64,000 nt of DNA from Candidatus Woesearchaeota archaeon (GCA_964447685.1 CAYUTI010000001.1:40338-104337); one strand, 5' to 3'; numbered from the stretch's first letter, positions 24,966 through 34,464 are shown. The notes: generated by a model not told the origin, from the letters alone. Made by a program: numbers and translations.

Positions 24966-27900
24966 AGAAATTCCTTTTAATGTTTTTATTATGTGTGGGA
25001 TTGGTTAGTGCTGCTACGGATTATTGTTGTGAAAAAACTTTAGAGGGTGAATACTGTGTGGATACGGATTATTCTGATTGTGATTTGAGTTATCAGTTTT
25101 TAGGAGTACCTTGTTCTGAGACTACCTTTTGTGAGAGAAGTTGTTGTGTTACAGAGGCAGGTTGTTATTCTGGAATCCGTGAAGGAAGATGTATTTATTC
25201 TTTAGGAGGGGATTCAGAACCGGGTGATTGTGATATCTATCAAGGTATTATTCCTGAGTGTACAATGGGGTGTTGTAACATTAATGGCATGGATTGTTCT
25301 GAAACTAATCAACTTAAATGTACTGAACAAGGTAATCTATCTGGCGGAAATTATACTTTTTATATGGGTATGAGTGAGAACCAATGTTTATCAATGTGTG
25401 AGATTGAAGATGTTAAAGGTTGTTGTGTTGATGAGAGTGGTTATTTTTATACTTCAAGAGGATTATGTTTGGGAGAATTTAATGAAGGTCAGTATTGTAG
25501 TAGTATTTCTGGAAGTGGATGTACTGCTAGATTTAATAAAGGTTGTGATAATGGTGATGTAATTTGGTATGATTCTTGTGGAAATTATGAAGGTATTGCT
25601 GAAGATTGTGATTTGGGTCAAGCTACAACTTGTGGTTGTGATTATTCTTATTATGCTAGTGATTGTAATTCTTATGATTTGAAATGTAAATTCTTAGGTT
25701 GTGATACTTTAGAGGGAAATAAATCTTTTAATCAAACTTGGTGTGATATTATGCCTGAAGATAATGATCCTAGAGTTTTTGAGCCTGAAAGATTTATGTG
25801 GCATAAGTTTACAACAAGTTTAGAAAGTTCTGGAACTTGTACTAGCGAGGATGGTATGGAAAATTTGGTGAAGAGTATCCCTGGCAACTTGGCTGGCGGA
25901 ACTTTTATTGATAATATAGGTGATGTTGTTTTAGAGGTTGTGGATTGGGTTCTTTATACTCCTATTTTTGTTGGATGGCGTTTTGTTCTTGAACCTGTTT
26001 TTGATTCTATCCTTGGATGTGGAACCACCACTATTTGTCATGATATCCTACAACCAATTATTCCTGATTATAGTTTTATTGGAGGGGAAGGCATTTGTAA
26101 TTTTGGAGAGTGTAGTGATATGGGCTTATTTATTACTTGCGATACTCAAAGTCCTCCGGGAGGATTATGTGAATGGGAACCTAATGCTGAATTTGCTGCA
26201 ACTTCTGATGATGGAGATAAAGGAGGAACACCCGCTTATTTGAATATTAAAGCTGATTCTGATCTTAAATGGTTTGGAATTTTTAAAGGTGAAACTTGTG
26301 ATAATTCTCGTACTAAATTTACTGCTCAAGCTTATTTTGATTTAGTTGATGGGGTGGGTTTTATTTCAGTTCCAGATAAAGAGGGTTATGAATTTGGGGA
26401 TAGACATTTTGTAAAAACTTGTAGTTATGGGGAAGAAGTTCTTTTGGAAGCTTGTGATGAAGATAGAGGAGAAGTTTGTATTGATGGAGCTTGTATGAGA
26501 AATGATTATAAAAGTTGTAATAATTGTGGTATTAATTGTACTCAAGAACAATGTGAAGCTTTAGGAGATTGTGAGTTAATCCCTATGTGGTATGGTTGTC
26601 ATGGAAGGGATTGTGATGAAGAATGGGCAAGTGGAAAAATAGATTATGCTTCTGATAAATGGTTTGGTAAACTAACTTGTGTTCCTAAATATCCTCCTGG
26701 AACAGGAAATACTTGTGGAAATTGTTATGATGAAGACTATGATGAAGACACTGCAAAAGGATTTCATTACTTACCTTTGCCTTATCCCGAATTTTGGGAG
26801 AGTGAATCTGATCTTCCATATATAGATTGTCCTGGATGTGTTGAGCAATGGCAGTGTGGAAATCAAGAATGTTCTAGAGAAGGAGATTGTTATTGGACTT
26901 TTGAATTTCCTGTTAATACTGATGAAGAAATTGAAGCTGCTGAAGAAAATGATTTACCTCTTGTTAAATATGCACATACTTATTGTTTACCTATTGAACC
27001 TCCTGAATTTGGAAATTGTAGTGTTTGTAATGGAAATGATTTAAGACCTTGTAGTAAATATACTTGTGAAGCTTTAGGTAAGAATTGTAATTTTGATAGA
27101 GAGATTAACTTTTGTTATTCAAATGGAAGTAATTATACTATCGCTCCTGTTGAGCTAAAGGTTGGAGAGTTCTTTGAAAAACCTTGTACGGATAAATGGT
27201 ATTGTAGTCCTTGGAGTACATGCGGTAGTGTTTATGATACTAGAACTAGAACTTGTATAGAAATTAATGGTTGTAATGTTATTAGTAATAAACCTGATCC
27301 TTTTGAAAGTCAAGCATGTAGTCAGACTTTAGAGTGTGAAGATAAGGATGGGGATGGTTATGGCAGGAATTGTTTTGAAGAGTTAAGTGGAACTTTAATT
27401 GATAAACAAAAGGATTGTAATGATGAAGCTTTTAATATAAACCCTTCAGCTATGGAAGTTTGTGATGGCATTGATAATGATTGTGATAATGCGATTGATG
27501 AGACCTGTGCTTGTGTTCAGGGAGATAGTAGAAACTGCGGTGTTACTACTGGAACTTGTAACCAAGGAATTCAATTTTGTGTTAATGGTGTTTGGAGTAT
27601 CTGTGGAGGAAATTCTTATACTTCAATAACTGAAGAGATTTGTGATGAAATTGATAATGATTGTGATGGACAGGTTGATGAAGTTTGTGCTTGTTTAGAT
27701 GGGGCTACTCAGCAATGTGGTAGTGATAAAGGCGTTTGTACTAAAGGAACACAAACTTGTGTTGATGGGAATTGGACAATCTGTGAAGGTGGTTTTGATG
27801 GTAATGCTGAGATTTGTACTAATACTTTAGATGATGATTGTGATGGTCTAATCGATAGTTTAGATGATAATTGTCAGGTTACAACTGAACTTTGTTATGA

Positions 27901-28387
27901 TCATATTCAGAATGGAAATGAAGAAGGAGTAGATTGTGGAGGAAGTTGTACTAGTTGTTCTATAATTAAAGATCCTACTTGTGATGATTTTATTAGAAAC
28001 CAGGGTGAAGATCAGGTAGATTGTGGAGGGCCTTGTGATCCTTGTGAAGATATAGTTTATGTTGAAGGTGAAATGGATGAAGAAGAAGAGATAGTTTATG
28101 AAGAAGAAGGTGATTCTGATGAAGGAAGTAACTTCCCTTGGTTTTGGCTGATTTTATTTTTAATAATCTTATTAGTTTTAGCTGGAGGTTATTATCTTTA
28201 TAGATCTAGAAATTTAAAAAATAAGAAAAGTCCAGAGCCTGTTAAAAATCTTGAGAGAAAAGTTTTAGTAAGTAAACCTCCTGCTCCTAAAAAAGAGATT
28301 ATTACTACTCAGAAACCTAAAAAACAATTTAAGAGCGAATTGGATGAACGGTTAGAAAAGAGTTTTGAGGAAGCTAAAAAACTTTAA
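24962..28387 (+). CDS. 1141-aa Cys-rich surface protein with C-terminal TM anchor
   Basis: Signal 'MKKFLLMFLLCVGLVSA', dense Cys throughout, and a mosaic of Cys modules. C-terminal 'FPWFWLILFLIILLVLAGGYYLY' is followed by a Lys-rich tail. Confidence 0.8.
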   Translation: MKKFLLMFLLCVGLVSAATDYCCEKTLEGEYCVDTDYSDCDLSYQFLGVPCSETTFCERSCCVTEAGCYSGIREGRCIYSLGGDSEPGDCDIYQGIIPECTMGCCNINGMDCSETNQLKCTEQGNLSGGNYTFYMGMSENQCLSMCEIEDVKGCCVDESGYFYTSRGLCLGEFNEGQYCSSISGSGCTARFNKGCDNGDVIWYDSCGNYEGIAEDCDLGQATTCGCDYSYYASDCNSYDLKCKFLGCDTLEGNKSFNQTWCDIMPEDNDPRVFEPERFMWHKFTTSLESSGTCTSEDGMENLVKSIPGNLAGGTFIDNIGDVVLEVVDWVLYTPIFVGWRFVLEPVFDSILGCGTTTICHDILQPIIPDYSFIGGEGICNFGECSDMGLFITCDTQSPPGGLCEWEPNAEFAATSDDGDKGGTPAYLNIKADSDLKWFGIFKGETCDNSRTKFTAQAYFDLVDGVGFISVPDKEGYEFGDRHFVKTCSYGEEVLLEACDEDRGEVCIDGACMRNDYKSCNNCGINCTQEQCEALGDCELIPMWYGCHGRDCDEEWASGKIDYASDKWFGKLTCVPKYPPGTGNTCGNCYDEDYDEDTAKGFHYLPLPYPEFWESESDLPYIDCPGCVEQWQCGNQECSREGDCYWTFEFPVNTDEEIEAAEENDLPLVKYAHTYCLPIEPPEFGNCSVCNGNDLRPCSKYTCEALGKNCNFDREINFCYSNGSNYTIAPVELKVGEFFEKPCTDKWYCSPWSTCGSVYDTRTRTCIEINGCNVISNKPDPFESQACSQTLECEDKDGDGYGRNCFEELSGTLIDKQKDCNDEAFNINPSAMEVCDGIDNDCDNAIDETCACVQGDSRNCGVTTGTCNQGIQFCVNGVWSICGGNSYTSITEEICDEIDNDCDGQVDEVCACLDGATQQCGSDKGVCTKGTQTCVDGNWTICEGGFDGNAEICTNTLDDDCDGLIDSLDDNCQVTTELCYDHIQNGNEEGVDCGGSCTSCSIIKDPTCDDFIRNQGEDQVDCGGPCDPCEDIVYVEGEMDEEEEIVYEEEGDSDEGSNFPWFWLILFLIILLVLAGGYYLYRSRNLKNKKSPEPVKNLERKVLVSKPPAPKKEIITTQKPKKQFKSELDERLEKSFEEAKKL
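27197..27277 (+). other. thrombospondin-type-1-like Cys module
   Basis: 'WYCSPWSTCGSVYDTRTRTCIEINGCN' resembles the TSP1 pattern WSxWSxC..RxRxC. Confidence 0.45.
27455..27874 (+). repeat. three tandem ~60-aa Cys modules with DNDCD motif
   Basis: 'EVCDGIDNDCDNAIDETCAC', 'EICDEIDNDCDGQVDEVCAC' and 'EICTNTLDDDCDGLIDSLDDNC' start at 27455, 27635 and 27809. They resemble the MopE-type putative metal-binding motif. Confidence 0.7.
27893..28045 (+). repeat. two tandem NG..E..VDCGG.C..C modules
   Basis: 'CYDHIQNGNEEGVDCGGSCTSC' and 'CDDFIRNQGEDQVDCGGPCDPC'. Confidence 0.7.
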
Positions 28388-29429
28388 TTAATCTTTTTAT
28401 TTCTAAATCTGTTTTTATTGCTTCTGGTGCAAAATGTGTTCTTGAAGCTTTGTAACCTTTTGATTTTATCTTTTTAATTATTTCTTCTACTTTTGGTATT
28501 TCTTTTTTGTAAACTTTTCCTATTCTGTGAGTATCATAATAAAAAGGAATTGGAAGTTCTTGTTTTATTGTTTCTATTAATGGGATAGTTATTGGTTTTA
28601 GAATCTCTTTATCTTGAATTTCTTTTGAATAAATTGGTCCTGCATATTGTATTGGTTTTTTACAATTTGGACACGTTTTTTCTAAAGGTAAGGTGTTTAG
28701 ATTTCTGTATAAACATTTTGGGCAGTATTCTAAGTATTTCTGTTCTTTAAGAACATTATCTGTTTCTGTAATTGATTTTTTTGAGATTAAGAAAGTTCTC
28801 ATATAGTGATGAATAGAATAGGATAAAATTGGAATTAATGCCTTTTCATATTGAGCTGCTATGTTTTGAGCTTTAGTTATTAGAATTCTTGTACCGAGTT
28901 CTTTACTAAATTCTGTTTTTAAAGGTTTTATAGAATATTTTCTTAGACAAGCTTTTTCTGAAGATCCTGTTAATGCTGCGGTATCTGTTGCTGTTAAAGC
29001 TAATATTCCATTGTGTTTTAATGCTCTCACTGCTGTATCTAAAAAATGAATTGGTGGTCCGAAAGGGTCTATATCAATATAATCATAACCTTCTGATTCT
29101 TTTAGTAGAAGGTTAGCGTCTTTGTTGGTTGTAGTTGCTTTGAGATTATTTAATTTTAGATTCTTTCTTATTAAGTTGTAAGAAGTTTTATCTACATCAT
29201 TGATTGTTACATCTTTTGATTTAGTTTCTTTTAAAATTCTTAAGCCTCTTATACCTGTTCCTGCTAGAGGTAAACAAATAGATTTTGGTTTTAATGTTTT
29301 AATTATTTCTATTGAGATATCTCTATTAAGTTTCATTAGAGGATTATAAAACACTGGAAGTTTCTTTGATATTTTAGTTTCTTTTGGAATATAAAATTTT
29401 ACATGATTTTCTTCTGATATCTTAAACAT
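28374..29429 (-). CDS. trm1: tRNA (guanine26-N2)-dimethyltransferase Trm1
   Basis: 'FYNPLMKLNRDISI', 'PFGPP' and a Cys4 finger 'CPKC..CPNC'. Confidence 0.9.
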   Translation of the reverse strand: MFKISEENHVKFYIPKETKISKKLPVFYNPLMKLNRDISIEIIKTLKPKSICLPLAGTGIRGLRILKETKSKDVTINDVDKTSYNLIRKNLKLNNLKATTTNKDANLLLKESEGYDYIDIDPFGPPIHFLDTAVRALKHNGILALTATDTAALTGSSEKACLRKYSIKPLKTEFSKELGTRILITKAQNIAAQYEKALIPILSYSIHHYMRTFLISKKSITETDNVLKEQKYLEYCPKCLYRNLNTLPLEKTCPNCKKPIQYAGPIYSKEIQDKEILKPITIPLIETIKQELPIPFYYDTHRIGKVYKKEIPKVEEIIKKIKSKGYKASRTHFAPEAIKTDLEIKRLIKVF

Positions 29430-29476
29430 GTCTATTTAGGTAAAGTTTTTAAATTAAAAGGGTTTCGTTTTTTAGT

Positions 29477-30274
29477 ATGTATAAAGAAGTTTTTTTTAAG
29501 AGTTGGAAGGGTTTGTTTAATAATCTTTATTTGATCATTCCTGACTTACTCTATTTAGCATTTATGACTGGATTAGGATTAGTATTAGCTTGGTTTGGTG
29601 GTTTTTGGGGCGTGTTTGATTATTTTTTAGGTGGAGTTACTCCTTCTACTGAATCTGTTTTGAATTTTTTAGAGATAAATTGGATTAAACTGTTGATTTC
29701 TGCGATAATATTTTTTATTAGTAGTTTTATGGTTGGTGCATCTATTGTAGCTTTTAAGTATATCTTGATGAAGAATATTGTAATGGGGAATAAATTTAGT
29801 TTTATTCGCGTTTATAAGACTGTAGGAGGATATTTTTGGAATGTGGTTTTGTTGAGGTTTATGATCTTTTTAATTATGATCCCTGTTTTTGTTTTGTGGG
29901 GACTTATGTTCTATCTTGGCTTTGAAAATCAAGGCTATCTTCTTAAAATTCTTGGGCTTATAGTTATGATCCTGAGTATGGTTCTTGTTAAATGGGTGTT
30001 TTTATTTGTTTATCCAGTTATGTTTTTGAAAAGTAATAATGCGTATAAATCTTTGAAAGGGTCATTTGCCTTTTTTAAGAATCATTTTAAGATTGTGTTG
30101 TTTTCTTGGTTGATTTTAGTATTTGCTGCAGGGGTATTTAGCGCAATTGTTTCTTTGTTAAGCTCTTTTATTGTAGGAATCATCTTAGTATTCGCTATTA
30201 GATCTACTTTAAATGTTTTTATTAAAGTTTGGGGAGAACTATTCCTGTTTTATATTTATGACCTAAAGAGTTAG
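29477..30274 (+). CDS. polytopic membrane protein (YFWN-motif family), paralogue of 19847
   Basis: 265 aa, multi-TM. It shares the 'YFWN[FV]VL' segment and overall layout with the 235-aa protein. Confidence 0.65.
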   Translation: MYKEVFFKSWKGLFNNLYLIIPDLLYLAFMTGLGLVLAWFGGFWGVFDYFLGGVTPSTESVLNFLEINWIKLLISAIIFFISSFMVGASIVAFKYILMKNIVMGNKFSFIRVYKTVGGYFWNVVLLRFMIFLIMIPVFVLWGLMFYLGFENQGYLLKILGLIVMILSMVLVKWVFLFVYPVMFLKSNNAYKSLKGSFAFFKNHFKIVLFSWLILVFAAGVFSAIVSLLSSFIVGIILVFAIRSTLNVFIKVWGELFLFYIYDLKS

Positions 30275-31156
30275 GTTTTGTAAGTCTTTAGTTATAATAG
30301 TATTTTTGAATACACTTTTTGCTTCTTTTTCTATTTCTTTATCGGTTTTATATCTTTGACTGATATGGTTTATAGCTAGTTGTTTAGCCTTAGCTTTTTT
30401 TGCAATAGTTGCTGTTTGTTTTACTGTTAAATGCTTGTATCTATCTGCTTTTTCTTTAAGTTCATCTAAGTGAGTTGCTTCTGAAATTAGTAAGTCTGCA
30501 TCTTTTGCTATTTTGTTTATGTTTGGGCATTGTTTAGTATCTGTGATTATTGCTATTTTCTTTCCTGGTTTTATGGTAGTTGCTTGTGAAGCTTTAATTA
30601 GCTTGTTTTTAAATTTGATATCCTTTCCTTGTTGTAAATCTTTTAAAATTGGATGTTGACTTAAATTGAATTTTTTTAAGTAGGTTAAATTTATTTTTCT
30701 TGTATCTTTTTCTTTGAAAATAAATCCTAAGGTTGGTGCTGAGTGATCTAAAGGATAAGCTTCTAGTATAAAGTCTTCAGTTTCTGCGAATTTTCCTTTG
30801 CTTATTTCTGTTATTGTGTAGTTTATTTTTTCTGTACAGATGAAAGAAGACATTAATTGTTTAAGATATTTTTTTGTTCCCTTTGGTCCGTAGATTTCTA
30901 GAGTTTTTTGATAATTTGAAGCACCTAGTGTTTGAATGAATCCAGGAATTCCTAGTATATGATCCCCGTGCCAGTGTGAAATTAATAGTTTTGTAATCTT
31001 TGGTGGAGCTATTTTTGCTTTTCTTAGTTGTAATTGAGTCCCTTCTCCACAGTCTATTAGAATGTTTTCTGATTTGTAAGAAATTAAAGTTGCAGGGTGA
31101 TTTCTAGTTGGAGTAGGTATCATTGATCCAGTTCCGAGGAAAGTTATTTGTATCAT
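30263..31156 (-). CDS. rnz: ribonuclease Z (tRNA 3' endonuclease)
   Basis: Metallo-beta-lactamase 'HWHGDH'. N-terminal 'ITFLGTGSMIPT' is typical of RNase Z. Confidence 0.9.
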   Translation of the reverse strand: MIQITFLGTGSMIPTPTRNHPATLISYKSENILIDCGEGTQLQLRKAKIAPPKITKLLISHWHGDHILGIPGFIQTLGASNYQKTLEIYGPKGTKKYLKQLMSSFICTEKINYTITEISKGKFAETEDFILEAYPLDHSAPTLGFIFKEKDTRKINLTYLKKFNLSQHPILKDLQQGKDIKFKNKLIKASQATTIKPGKKIAIITDTKQCPNINKIAKDADLLISEATHLDELKEKADRYKHLTVKQTATIAKKAKAKQLAINHISQRYKTDKEIEKEAKSVFKNTIITKDLQNLTL

Positions 31157-31207
31157 AGAAAATATATATTGGAAAGGTTTTTAAATAGTTTTTGTTTTAG
31201 TTTTTAT

Positions 31208-31735
31208 ATGGTTAAGAAGGTTAAAGCCACTTTAGTGAAAGAAATGGTCTTAGCTGATGACTGTAACGAGACTCGTGAGTTGTATAATAGTTCTCGGTAT
31301 GGAGAGCCAGTTGATGGTCGATTTCAGTATAGTTTAGTGGAAGCTTTATTCTTATTTGAAACTAATAAGTTACTTCTTTATGATTACCGTAAGAAGAAAT
31401 TAGACTTTAAGAGTTTTTTAGCTAGAGTTGTTAAAATTGATTCTGGTTTCTTAGTTCGATATAATGTTTATAAAGATTTGAGGAAGAGAGGTTATATTGT
31501 TAAAACTGCTTTAAAGTTTGGAGCTGGTTTTAGAGTTTATGATAGAGGTGTTAAACCTGGTGATGATCATGCTAGGTGGGTAGTTTTTCCTGTTCATGAG
31601 GCTGATCACTTTACTTGGTATGAATTTGCTGCTAAAAATAGAGTTGCTCATAGTACTAGGAAGAAATTATTGTTAGGTGTAGTTGATGATGAGGGTGATG
31701 TGAGTTATTGGGAAAGCTCATGGGTTAAACCTTAG
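31208..31735 (+). CDS. endA: tRNA-splicing endonuclease EndA (short, ~176 aa)
   Basis: 'RGYIVKTALKFGAGFRVY' and 'HARWVV'. The start is placed at the ATG at 31208, since the longer ORF overlaps rnz. Confidence 0.85.
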   Translation: MVKKVKATLVKEMVLADDCNETRELYNSSRYGEPVDGRFQYSLVEALFLFETNKLLLYDYRKKKLDFKSFLARVVKIDSGFLVRYNVYKDLRKRGYIVKTALKFGAGFRVYDRGVKPGDDHARWVVFPVHEADHFTWYEFAAKNRVAHSTRKKLLLGVVDDEGDVSYWESSWVKP

Positions 31736-31783
31736 CTTTCTGCTACAACAAAGCTTTTAAATTTCTAGTGTTGTTGTTTTCTC

Positions 31784-32674
31784 ATGAATGATGAAGTTAA
31801 AGGGAAGGTGATAGATTTTGTTAAGAAATCTGGTCCTGTATTGCCTGTTCAGATTTCTAAAGTGATGGGGGATAACATCCTATTTGCTGGTGCGGTTTTA
31901 TCTGAATTGGTGGCTAATAAGAAAGTTCTGATTAGTAATTTAAAAGTTGGAGCAAGTCCTATTTATTATACTGCTGAGCAAAAAGCTAAATTAGTTGATT
32001 ATTTAAAACATTTAAGTCAAAGGCCTAGACAAGCTGCTGAATTGTTGATGGAAAAAAAGGTTTTAAGGGATATAACTGTTGAACCTTGGCAGAGGGTTGC
32101 TTTACGTGAAGCTAAAGATTTTGCAGTTCCTTTGAAAGTTAATTTAAACAATGAAAGTGAGATTTTTTGGAGATGGTATTTGTTGAGTAATGATGAAGCG
32201 GCAGTTTTAATCAAAAAAGAATTAGGTATTGAAGAGAAAAAAGAAGTTCAAGAAAAGATTGTTCCTGAAAAGAAGGAAGAGAAAGTTATTGAAAAACCAA
32301 AAGAGATTGAGAAACCTAAGAAAATTATTGAAGAGGTTAAACCTAAAGTTGAGAAAAAAGATAAAGGTGAATTTTATGATGCTTTGTTGGAGTATTTTAG
32401 AGGAAATCAGATTAAGGTTTTGAAAGATGATTTTATTCGTAAAAATCGTGAGATGGAATTTGTTGTTCGAGTTGGAAGTCCAATTGGAGAGTTGGAGTAT
32501 TTTGTAGTTGCTAAGAATAAGAAAAAGATAAATGATGCTGAAATAAGTCTTGCTTATAATAAAGGTCAAAATTTACGTTTACCTGTATTGTTCTTGAGCT
32601 CTGGAGAATTAACTAAAAAAGCTGAAACCTTTATTGAGAAAGATATGAGAGGAATTGTTTTTAGAAAAGTTTAA
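31784..32674 (+). CDS. hypothetical protein with winged-helix-like N-terminus and K/E-rich linker
   Basis: 296 aa. N-terminal 'VIDFVKKSGPVLPVQISKVMG' is wHTH-like, followed by a long KE-rich spacer and a compact C-terminal domain. Confidence 0.4.
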   Translation: MNDEVKGKVIDFVKKSGPVLPVQISKVMGDNILFAGAVLSELVANKKVLISNLKVGASPIYYTAEQKAKLVDYLKHLSQRPRQAAELLMEKKVLRDITVEPWQRVALREAKDFAVPLKVNLNNESEIFWRWYLLSNDEAAVLIKKELGIEEKKEVQEKIVPEKKEEKVIEKPKEIEKPKKIIEEVKPKVEKKDKGEFYDALLEYFRGNQIKVLKDDFIRKNREMEFVVRVGSPIGELEYFVVAKNKKKINDAEISLAYNKGQNLRLPVLFLSSGELTKKAETFIEKDMRGIVFRKV

Positions 32675-32695
32675 TATGTATTCTGTAGTTTGATA

Positions 32696-33115
32696 ATGTT
32701 TTTAAGTTTAGGTTCTGTATTATTAGGTATGGGTATAAGGCTGAATAATTTGGATTTAGTGAATAGGATTATACTTGAACAGGGTTATAGGGAGGGTCTT
32801 GCTTGTTTTAATCCTGAACCTGTTAGATATGTTAAGGATCAATCTGTTGAAAGAGTTTTGGTTTATGCTAACTTAGGTATGCCTTTACAATTAGAATTAA
32901 CTGATCTCACTTTTAGATATTATCGTGATTTTAAGAGTGAAGAAGAATGGGATAAAAGAGTAAAGGATGTTGGTTTGTTAAAAGCGAGAGAGGGAGAGCT
33001 AATTACTGTGACTTTCTATTTAGAAGATAAAACCTTTAAAGTGGGTTTTGAGGACACTGAAGATTATTGGACTATTTCTGAAATTTGTGAATCTCTTGGT
33101 TGGAAAGAATTATAG
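32696..33115 (+). CDS. hypothetical protein
   Basis: ORF of about 139 aa with no recognisable family. Confidence 0.45.
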   Translation: MFLSLGSVLLGMGIRLNNLDLVNRIILEQGYREGLACFNPEPVRYVKDQSVERVLVYANLGMPLQLELTDLTFRYYRDFKSEEEWDKRVKDVGLLKAREGELITVTFYLEDKTFKVGFEDTEDYWTISEICESLGWKEL

Positions 33116-33229
33116 TTTTTTATCTAAATTTTCTAGTTTCGCTTTTAGATTATGAAGTTTTTTCATATGGGTGCCTATTATTGCCATGCCTACTAAAAGT
33201 AATAACGAACCTAATGTTATGATTTCCAT
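33110..33229 (-). CDS. possible 39-aa single-TM micro-protein
   Basis: 'MEIITLGSLLLLVGMAIIGTHMKKLHNLKAKLENLDKKL'. Read by eye in a gap between genes. No SD seen. Confidence 0.25.
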   Translation of the reverse strand: MEIITLGSLLLLVGMAIIGTHMKKLHNLKAKLENLDKKL

Positions 33230-33303
33230 AGTTGTTATTAGTATGTTTTGATATTTAAAGCTATTGGAAATCTTTTTAAAGTGTATTCTAGAGTATATAA
33301 GTC

Positions 33304-34464
33304 ATGGAACTATTAGCACCTGTTGGAAATATGGCGATGTTTAGAGCTGCTGTTGATAGCGGAGCAGATGCTGTTTATTTTGGTTTGGATTCTTTTACAA
33401 TGAGGGCTAAGACTGGTTTGAGCTTTAAGGATTTAGATTCTATGGCTGAGTTTAAAGTTAAGAAGTATTTGACTTTGAATTCTATTGTTTATAGTAATGA
33501 AATTTCTAAATTAGATAAGATTTTAGATAAAGTAAAAGGGAAAGTAGATGCTATTATATGTTGGGATATGGCTGTTGTTTCTAAAGCTCTGGCTAAAGGT
33601 TTTGAAGTTCATTTGAGTACTCAAGCAAGTGTAGCTAATGTTGAAGCTGCTAAGTTTTACAAGAAATTAGGTGTTAAAAGGGTAATCTTGGCTAGAGAGT
33701 GTAATTTGAAGGATATTAAGCAGATAGCTAAGGTGATTGATGTTGAGTGTTTTGTCCATGGAGCAATGTGTGTTGCAGTTTCTGGAAGATGTTTTATGAG
33801 TGATCATTTGTATGGTAAGAGTGCTAATAGAGGAGAGTGTTTACATCCTTGTAGGCGAAGTTATGAGATTAGAGATATTGAAACTGATAAAAAATTAAGA
33901 TTAGAAGGAAATTATGTTTTGAGCTCTAAAGATCTTTGTGTATTACCTTTTATTGATAAGCTTAGAAAAGCGGGAGTAAAGTCTCTAAAGATTGAGGGAA
34001 GAGGAAGGAGTGTTGAGTATGTGAAGTATGTTGTTGCTGTTTATAGAGAAGCTATTGATAACCCTAAAGCAGATGTTAATAAATTAATGAGTAAATTGGA
34101 GCAAGTTTACAATAAAGGATTTTGTTCAGGATTCTATTTAGATAAACCTGGTTCAGAAGGTTATAGCGATGTTTATGGAAGTAAGGCTACTAGTAAAAAA
34201 ATAGAAGTTGGTAGAGTTTTAAATTATTATAAAAAAAATAAAGTTATGTTATTAGAATTAACAAGTTCTGGTTTATCTAAAGATGATAATATATTGATTG
34301 TTGGAAATAAGACTGGAATGATAGAAATGAAAGTTTCTGAGATGGAGATTGATCATGAGAAGGTTAATAAAGTTAATAAAGGGAAGTTGGTAGGTATTAG
34401 AGTAGATAAAGTTGTAAGAAAAGGAGATTGGGTTTACAAATGGCAGAATACATCTTTGAATTAG
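33304..34464 (+). CDS. peptidase U32 family protein (RlhA/TrhP-like)
   Basis: 'ELLAPVGN' N-terminus and the U32 signature 'ECFVHGAMCVAVSGRCFMS'. Confidence 0.85.
   Translation: MELLAPVGNMAMFRAAVDSGADAVYFGLDSFTMRAKTGLSFKDLDSMAEFKVKKYLTLNSIVYSNEISKLDKILDKVKGKVDAIICWDMAVVSKALAKGFEVHLSTQASVANVEAAKFYKKLGVKRVILARECNLKDIKQIAKVIDVECFVHGAMCVAVSGRCFMSDHLYGKSANRGECLHPCRRSYEIRDIETDKKLRLEGNYVLSSKDLCVLPFIDKLRKAGVKSLKIEGRGRSVEYVKYVVAVYREAIDNPKADVNKLMSKLEQVYNKGFCSGFYLDKPGSEGYSDVYGSKATSKKIEVGRVLNYYKKNKVMLLELTSSGLSKDDNILIVGNKTGMIEMKVSEMEIDHEKVNKVNKGKLVGIRVDKVVRKGDWVYKWQNTSLN

Noticed and set aside
25374-27044. Several 60-100-aa ORFs inside or antisense to the 1141-aa Cys-rich gene, with similar ones at 13178, 15123, 15460, 18133, 58967 and 60937
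   Set aside because: They are embedded in long, well-supported ORFs. Their translations are hydrophobic or low-complexity and typical of off-frame reading of GTT/GAT/TGT-rich genes.
32017-32569. Three ORFs overlapping the K/E-rich linker of the 31784 gene
   Set aside because: They are low-complexity AAA/GAA repeat translations in alternative frames.
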